Made by a program: the position numbers and the translations under genes
The notes under the pieces: generated by a model
Databases searched by the model: none
What the model was told of the DNA's origin: nothing
What the model saw: the letters and a program-made list of their open reading frames with translations, nothing else
Assembly (NCBI GenBank): GCA_041497895.1
Contig: JBGQHJ010000150.1
Location: forward strand, 1 to 11,835
Source: Candidatus Methylomirabilia bacterium
Lineage (GTDB): Bacteria > Methylomirabilota > Methylomirabilia > Rokubacteriales > CSP1-6
DNA: 11,835 bases
Direction: 5' to 3'
Part shown: positions 7,724 through 11,835 of the stretch, piece by piece
Layout of the letters: every line of letters starts with the position of its first letter
Position numbering within the stretch: position 1 is the stretch's first letter

Positions 7724-7728
7724 GGGAT

Positions 7729-8817
7729 CTACCAGGTCCGGGTCTCGCCGGGCTCGAGGATCCAGGCCGTCGCGGGGTCGAGGTGGCGCCGCTCGACCTC
7801 GGCGGCGAGGCGGCGCGGCGGCTCGTCGTACGGCTCGCGGGCCAGCGCGAACGTCCCCCAGTGCACGCCCAGGATGTGGGTGGCGCGCAGGTCGAGCCCG
7901 GCCTGCACCGCCTCCTCGGGAGAGATGTGCACCGGGCGCGCGATCTCCCGCGGCGTGTAGGATCCGATCGGCAGCGCGGCGAGGTCGAAGGGGCCGAGCG
8001 CGTCGCCCGCCTCCTTGAAGTGGCGGTAGTAGCCGGTGTCGCCCGCGAAGTAGAAGCGCTTCGACCCCAGCACCGCCCACGCCGACCAGAGCCGCCGCCC
8101 CTGGTCGAGCGCGGTGCGCCCGCTGCCGTGCTGGGCCGGCATGCACACCACGTTCAGGCCGTGGACGGTCACCGACTCGCCCCAGTCGAGCTCGATCACC
8201 CGGGTGATCCCGCGGTCGGCGAGCCACGCCTTGATGCCCATCGGCACGATGAACAGCGGGTCGAACCTCCGGGCGAGCCGGCGCACGGTGGGCTCGTCGA
8301 GGTGATCGTAGTGATCGTGGGAGATCAGGACGAAGTCGACGCGCGGCAGCTCGTCGAACGGGATCCCGGGCGGCGTGTAGCGGCGGACGCCGATCCGCCC
8401 GCTGAACGGCCCGCTTCGGCGCGCCCAGGTCGGGTCGGTGAGAAACGTCACCCCGTCGAGCTGGACAAGGACGGAGGAGTGACCGATCCAGGTGACGGTG
8501 GTGCCGCGGTGCGCGCCGCGGCTCAGCGCGGTGAGGTCGGGGATGGCCAGGGGCAGCGGCGCCACCCGATGCTCGGTGAAGAGCCCGGTGCCGCCGATGA
8601 CCAGCGAGTGCAACCGCGCCCAGTAGGACGCGCGCCGGTACTCGGGATCGACGTTCTTGTAGGCCGCCCCCGCGTGCTCGGCGGGCCGGAAGCCCGCCAC
8701 CGCGTGGCTGACCCGGAGCTGGAGATCGGGCGGCGCGGCCGTCGCGGCCCGGGAGTAGCCGTCGCCGCTGCCGAGGAGGAGGAGCGCGGCAACGAGGAGC
8801 GTGGCCCGGCGGCTCAT
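7729..8817 (-). CDS. Exported MBL-fold metallo-hydrolase, NAPE-PLD/RomA-like, 362 aa
   Basis: N-terminal signal peptide. Motifs 'TWIGHS', 'LTDP', 'SHDHYDHLD', 'PAQH', 'FAGDTGY', 'LPIGSY', 'HISPEEA' and 'VHWGTF'. Confidence 0.92.
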   Translation of the reverse strand: MSRRATLLVAALLLLGSGDGYSRAATAAPPDLQLRVSHAVAGFRPAEHAGAAYKNVDPEYRRASYWARLHSLVIGGTGLFTEHRVAPLPLAIPDLTALSRGAHRGTTVTWIGHSSVLVQLDGVTFLTDPTWARRSGPFSGRIGVRRYTPPGIPFDELPRVDFVLISHDHYDHLDEPTVRRLARRFDPLFIVPMGIKAWLADRGITRVIELDWGESVTVHGLNVVCMPAQHGSGRTALDQGRRLWSAWAVLGSKRFYFAGDTGYYRHFKEAGDALGPFDLAALPIGSYTPREIARPVHISPEEAVQAGLDLRATHILGVHWGTFALAREPYDEPPRRLAAEVERRHLDPATAWILEPGETRTW

Positions 8818-8842
8818 GATCCAAGCGTACCGTTCGGGTCAA

Positions 8843-10099
8843 TCAGAGCTGGTCTCGCACCGGCACCGCGAGGATCTCGAGCACCCGGCTCAGGAGCCCG
8901 CGATTGTTCCACCCCGCGTAGGTGACGGGGCGGGAATGGGCGAGATCCTTCTCGAACACCTGCTCGAGGCGCCGAGCGACCGTGGCGTCGTAGATCACAA
9001 GGTTCAGCTCCTCGTTCAGCGCGAACGACCGCCGGTCAAGGTTGGTGCTGCCGACCGTGGCCCACATGGAGTCGATCACCATGGTCTTGGCGTGCAGCAA
9101 CGCGGGCCGGTACTCGTGGATCTCCACGCCCTCCTTGAGCAGGCGGCCGAGCTCGCCGCGGCTGGCCTGCCGCACGATGTTGTGATCGATCGCACCCGGC
9201 AGCAGCAGGACGACACGCACCCCGCGCCGCCGGGCCTGCAGGAGGGTCAGCACCATCTTCTCGTCCGGCACGAAGTAGGGATTGGTGATGTGGATGGAGC
9301 GGTGCGCGGAGGCCATGGCGAGGAGGAACATGGTGTACATCGCGACGCTGCCGCCGGCGGGCGAGCTGCGCACGACCTGGGCGTCGACGCCCCCCTTGAT
9401 CTCGCTCGGGCGAGGGAAGTAGGCGGCGCCGCCCAGCGCCACCCCGGTGGCCTCGAGCCAGTTCTCCGCGAAGGCGCCCTGCAGCTGCTCGACGACCGGG
9501 CCCTCGACGCGCACGTCGGTGTCGCGCCAGAAGCCGTCCTCCTTGCCGTTTCCGGTCCACTTGCCGCTGGTGCCGGAGCCGCCGGTGAAGCCGACCGTCC
9601 CGTCCACCACCAGGATGCGGCGATGGTTGCGCTCGTTCACCCGATCGATGACCCACGGGCTGAGGGGACGGAAGCTGGCCACCTCGCAGCCGGCCTCGGT
9701 CATCCAGTCCCGGTACTGCGACGGCATCGCGAGGGCCCCGACCGCGTCGAGCAGGACGTGGACCGACACCCCGGCCCGACAGCGCTCGGCGAGGGCCTGC
9801 GCGGTGTCGGCGGCGGGCGCGCCGTCCTCGAAGACGTACTGGGCGTAGGTGATGCTCTTGCGCGCGGCGCGGATGGCCGCGATCTTGGCCGGGAAGATCT
9901 GGTCGCCGTTGAGCAGCAGATCGACGCGATTGCCGGGGACCACCGCGTTGCCGGTGTAGGCCACGAGGGTCGAGCGGAACACGGGCTCCCCCATCTGCAG
10001 CGCGGGGAGCTCGAGGTGAGGCTGGACGTGACCGCACCCGCTGACGGTCAGGAGCGGGACGAGGAGCGCGCCGGCGGCGACCCGGAGCCGGCGCCTCAC
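8843..10099 (-). CDS. Phospholipase D superfamily, cardiolipin synthase (ClsB)-like, predicted lipoprotein, 418 aa
   Basis: Motifs 'GNRVDLLLNG', 'VHVLLDAVG', motif 1 'RNHRRILVVDG', 'WRDTDVRVEGP', 'TNPYFVPD' and motif 2 'LHAKTMVID...VGSTNLD.RSF.LNEE'. Lipobox-like VSG-C. The GTG start overlaps the upstream TGA. Confidence 0.92.
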   Translation of the reverse strand: MRRRLRVAAGALLVPLLTVSGCGHVQPHLELPALQMGEPVFRSTLVAYTGNAVVPGNRVDLLLNGDQIFPAKIAAIRAARKSITYAQYVFEDGAPAADTAQALAERCRAGVSVHVLLDAVGALAMPSQYRDWMTEAGCEVASFRPLSPWVIDRVNERNHRRILVVDGTVGFTGGSGTSGKWTGNGKEDGFWRDTDVRVEGPVVEQLQGAFAENWLEATGVALGGAAYFPRPSEIKGGVDAQVVRSSPAGGSVAMYTMFLLAMASAHRSIHITNPYFVPDEKMVLTLLQARRRGVRVVLLLPGAIDHNIVRQASRGELGRLLKEGVEIHEYRPALLHAKTMVIDSMWATVGSTNLDRRSFALNEELNLVIYDATVARRLEQVFEKDLAHSRPVTYAGWNNRGLLSRVLEILAVPVRDQL

Positions 10100-10779
10100 A
10101 GTCGGCGCAGCTCTTGGATACGATCGCCCGTCGCGGGATGGGTGCTGAAGAAGCCGCCGCCCTCGCCTCCCGATCCATCCGAGTCCATCAGCCAGGTCAG
10201 GGTGTTGATCATCACGTCCTTCGAGCGGCCCATCCGCTCGAGCAGCTCGATGCCGTGGCGGTCGGCCGCGTACTCCTCGTTGCGGTTGTACTTGCGCGAG
10301 ATCAGCGCGCCCGCGATCGGCGCCACCCGCCCCGCCCCCGGGATGATCTGGTCGAGGATGACCGCGCCGATGCCGAGCCCGGTGCCGAGGGCCTGGGCCT
10401 TGGCCACGTGCCCGAGGTCCTCGTGGGCCACCTCGTGCGCGAGCACGGCCAGGAGCTGATCGTCGTTGGCCTTCTGCAGGAGCCCGGTGGTCACGTAGAA
10501 CTCGCCGTTGCCCGCGTTGGCCGCGTTGATCTGCGGGTTGTCCATGATGCCGACCTTGACCTGGCTCGGCGGTCGCGGCTTGTCCATCACCTGGAGCAGG
10601 GGAATCATCGCCTTCTTCAGGCGCTCGACCTGAGCGGGGTCGACCGACTTCTGACTGGCCGCCGGAGGCGGCGTCTCGGCCCGGCGGGCCGCGGACGGCG
10701 GCGAGGTGGTCGCGAGCGCGCAGCCGGTCAGCAGGAGAGCTGCGATCAGAGCTCCCCCCACGGCCGCCCGCGGGGTCAT
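10096..10779 (-). CDS. M48 family Zn-metallopeptidase lipoprotein (LoiP/YggG-like), 227 aa
   Basis: Lipobox LTG-C. Motifs 'INAA', 'VTTGLL', 'LAHEVAH' (HExxH), 'EEYAAD' and 'FSTHP..DRI'. Confidence 0.92.
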   Translation of the reverse strand: MTPRAAVGGALIAALLLTGCALATTSPPSAARRAETPPPAASQKSVDPAQVERLKKAMIPLLQVMDKPRPPSQVKVGIMDNPQINAANAGNGEFYVTTGLLQKANDDQLLAVLAHEVAHEDLGHVAKAQALGTGLGIGAVILDQIIPGAGRVAPIAGALISRKYNRNEEYAADRHGIELLERMGRSKDVMINTLTWLMDSDGSGGEGGGFFSTHPATGDRIQELRRL

Positions 10780-11021
10780 CGCCGATCCCGGGCCGTCGGG
10801 CGGGCGGGACGCAGGACGTCCTGCCCCGCCTGGAGCGTCGACGTCACCTGGTCCTTGGCGCTGTCGAAGATCTCCTCGGCGGTGGACTGCACGGAGCGGA
10901 GACCGTCCGCGGCGGCGAGCCGCGCGGTGCGGCCCTTGGTATTGGCGAAGCGTCGCAGCTCCTCACCCCACACGTAGACCGCGATGGCTCCCACGATCGC
11001 TCCCAGCACGAATCGGCTCAT
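10776..11021 (-). CDS. Small membrane-anchored helical protein, YtxH-like architecture, 81 aa
   Basis: SD GGGAGG then ATG at 11021. The sequence MSRFVLGAIVGAIAVYVWG is followed by an amphipathic tail. Its stop overlaps the M48 start (ATGA). Confidence 0.75.
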   Translation of the reverse strand: MSRFVLGAIVGAIAVYVWGEELRRFANTKGRTARLAAADGLRSVQSTAEEIFDSAKDQVTSTLQAGQDVLRPARPTARDRR

Positions 11022-11050
11022 GGTGGATCCCTCCCCGCTACGCGGCACGA

Positions 11051-11212
11051 CTACGCCGCCTTCCGGATTGGCCACTCGACCCCGGCGCTCCGCTGGAGCA
11101 CGTGGCCGCACGGCGCGAGCTCGATCACCAGGGCCTCGCCCCGCTCGCGCCAGTCCTCGATCGCCCGAAACGCTCCGCACGACCGGCAGAACAGCGTCGG
11201 TGTTCCGTTCAT
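11051..11212 (-). CDS. 53-aa microprotein with CxxC...CxH (putative Zn ribbon); not in the ORF track
   Basis: MNGTPTLFCRSCGAFRAIEDWRERGEALVIELAPCGHVLQRSAGVEWPIRKAA*. SD-like AAGGAAGGGAG; ATGA overlap with the upstream stop; mostly GC-ending codons. Confidence 0.75.
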   Translation of the reverse strand: MNGTPTLFCRSCGAFRAIEDWRERGEALVIELAPCGHVLQRSAGVEWPIRKAA

Positions 11213-11421
11213 GACTCCCTTCCTTTCAGCGCCTCGCTGGTGCGGGCGCAGTCGGGGCAGACCTCGAGATCGGTGTCGTAGGCGATGCCGTGGATCGGGC
11301 AGCGCACGACCGGGACCGCGGCGGACCGGCGGCCGGAGAGCCAGAGCAAGCCCAGCCCCAGCCCCGCCACCGCGAGGACCGCCGCGGCGGCGACTCGGCC
11401 CGCCGGCGCCCCGGCGCTCAT
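11209..11421 (-). CDS. 70-aa membrane-anchored microprotein with CxxH...CxxC
   Basis: MSAGAPAGRVAAAAVLAVAGLGLGLLWLSGRRSAAVPVVRCPIHGIAYDTDLEVCPDCARTSEALKGRES*. The start at 11421 forms a TGATG overlap with the DUF3309 stop. Confidence 0.75.
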   Translation of the reverse strand: MSAGAPAGRVAAAAVLAVAGLGLGLLWLSGRRSAAVPVVRCPIHGIAYDTDLEVCPDCARTSEALKGRES

Positions 11422-11573
11422 CAGAGCCGGCCCGAGAGGAGCAGGACGATGAGGACCAGCAGCACGAGCCCGGCCCCGCCGCTCGGGTAGAAGCCCCACC
11501 CCGAGCTGTACGGCCACGTCGGCAACGACCCCACCAGGATCAACACCAGCAAAATGATCAGAATGAGTGACAC
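11421..11573 (-). CDS. DUF3309 family small membrane protein, 50 aa; not in the ORF track
   Basis: SD GGGGAGG, GTG at 11573. MSLILIILLVLILVGSLPTWPYSSGWGFYPSGGAGLVLLVLIVLLLSGRL* has the hallmark 'LPTWPYS.GWG.YPSGG.G'. Confidence 0.9.
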   Translation of the reverse strand: MSLILIILLVLILVGSLPTWPYSSGWGFYPSGGAGLVLLVLIVLLLSGRL

Positions 11574-11633
11574 GGTGCGTCCTCCCCTTCCATGATCGTT
11601 TCCGTTGCCACGTCCATGCGCCGCGCCCGTACG

Positions 11634-11661
11634 GCGGACGGCGGGATGACCCGCCGCCCGC
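11634..11661 (-). terminator. 12-bp hairpin after the GQPGQ-repeat gene
   Basis: Minus-strand RNA GCGGGCGGCGGG-UCAU-CCCGCCGUCCGC has one G-U pair (an A-C mismatch on the plus strand, so minus is favoured). It lies 14 nt after the stop, with no U-tract. Confidence 0.5.
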
Positions 11662-11675
11662 CCTCGTGCCGGTGA

Positions 11676-11835
11676 CTACTGCTTGCGCTCGCCCTGTCCG
11701 GGCTGCGGATTGCGGCCCGGCTCCTGCTGTTGCTGGCCCTGACGGCCCTTGTCGCGACCCTGCCCCGGCTGGCCCTGACCGGGCTGACCCTGCCCCGGCT
11801 GACCCTGCCCCGGCTGGCCCTGCCCCGGCTGGCCC
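11676..11835 (-). CDS. 3' end of a Gly/Gln/Pro-rich low-complexity protein (5' part outside the window)
   Basis: (GQPGQ)5 followed by GRDKGRQGQQQQEPGRNPQPGQGERKQ*, TAG at 11678-11676. The repeat copies differ only at synonymous positions. Confidence 0.7.
   Translation of the reverse strand, partial: GQPGQGQPGQGQPGQGQPGQGQPGQGRDKGRQGQQQQEPGRNPQPGQGERKQ
11760..11834 (-). repeat. 15-bp tandem repeat, at least 5 copies, coding GQPGQ
   Basis: Unit GGY CAG CCS GGK CAG; it continues to the window edge. Confidence 0.9.

Noticed and set aside
7729..10099. Anti-phage defence system (PLD nuclease plus MBL nuclease) or a beta-lactamase
   Set aside because: The PLD is two-domain Cls-like and the MBL has NAPE-PLD/RomA-type motifs. 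Both appear exported, and there is no helicase, ATPase or mobile-element context.
11022..11517. Track starts at 11180 (134 aa) and 11517 (102 aa)
   Set aside because: These extensions run through the 53-aa and DUF3309 genes in other frames. The starts at 11021 and 11421 are supported by an SD or by coupling.
11760..11835. CRISPR array or non-coding satellite
   Set aside because: There are no spacers, the unit is 15 bp, and variation is synonymous, which indicates a coding repeat.

Overview
High-GC (roughly 70% by eye) bacterial chromosomal window. Gene content and style suggest a soil bacterium such as Ca. Rokubacteria/Methylomirabilota; this is inference, not verified. From left to right: (1) a minus-strand CUT1-type ABC importer operon (Tat-exported binding protein plus two permeases, no ATPase in the window), with a near-consensus sigma70 promoter and a long structured leader; (2) a divergent DUF6632-like membrane protein; (3) acyl-CoA dehydrogenase plus CMD/AhpD-like protein, divergent from an LLM flavin monooxygenase plus GNAT; (4) a PRC-barrel pseudogene (internal deletion and frameshift) behind a sigma54-type promoter, followed by a boxC/PIT-like triplex repeat; (5) a tightly coupled minus-strand run of DUF3309, two Cys/His-rich microproteins, a YtxH-like protein, an M48 lipoprotein, a PLD/cardiolipin-synthase-like lipoprotein with an altered first HKD motif, and an exported NAPE-PLD-like MBL hydrolase; (6) the 3' end of a (GQPGQ)n repeat protein at the right edge. 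Several real small genes are missing from the supplied ORF track. No CRISPR array, tRNA, rRNA or transposase was seen. The best candidate for an undescribed system is the right-hand microprotein plus envelope lipid-remodelling cluster.
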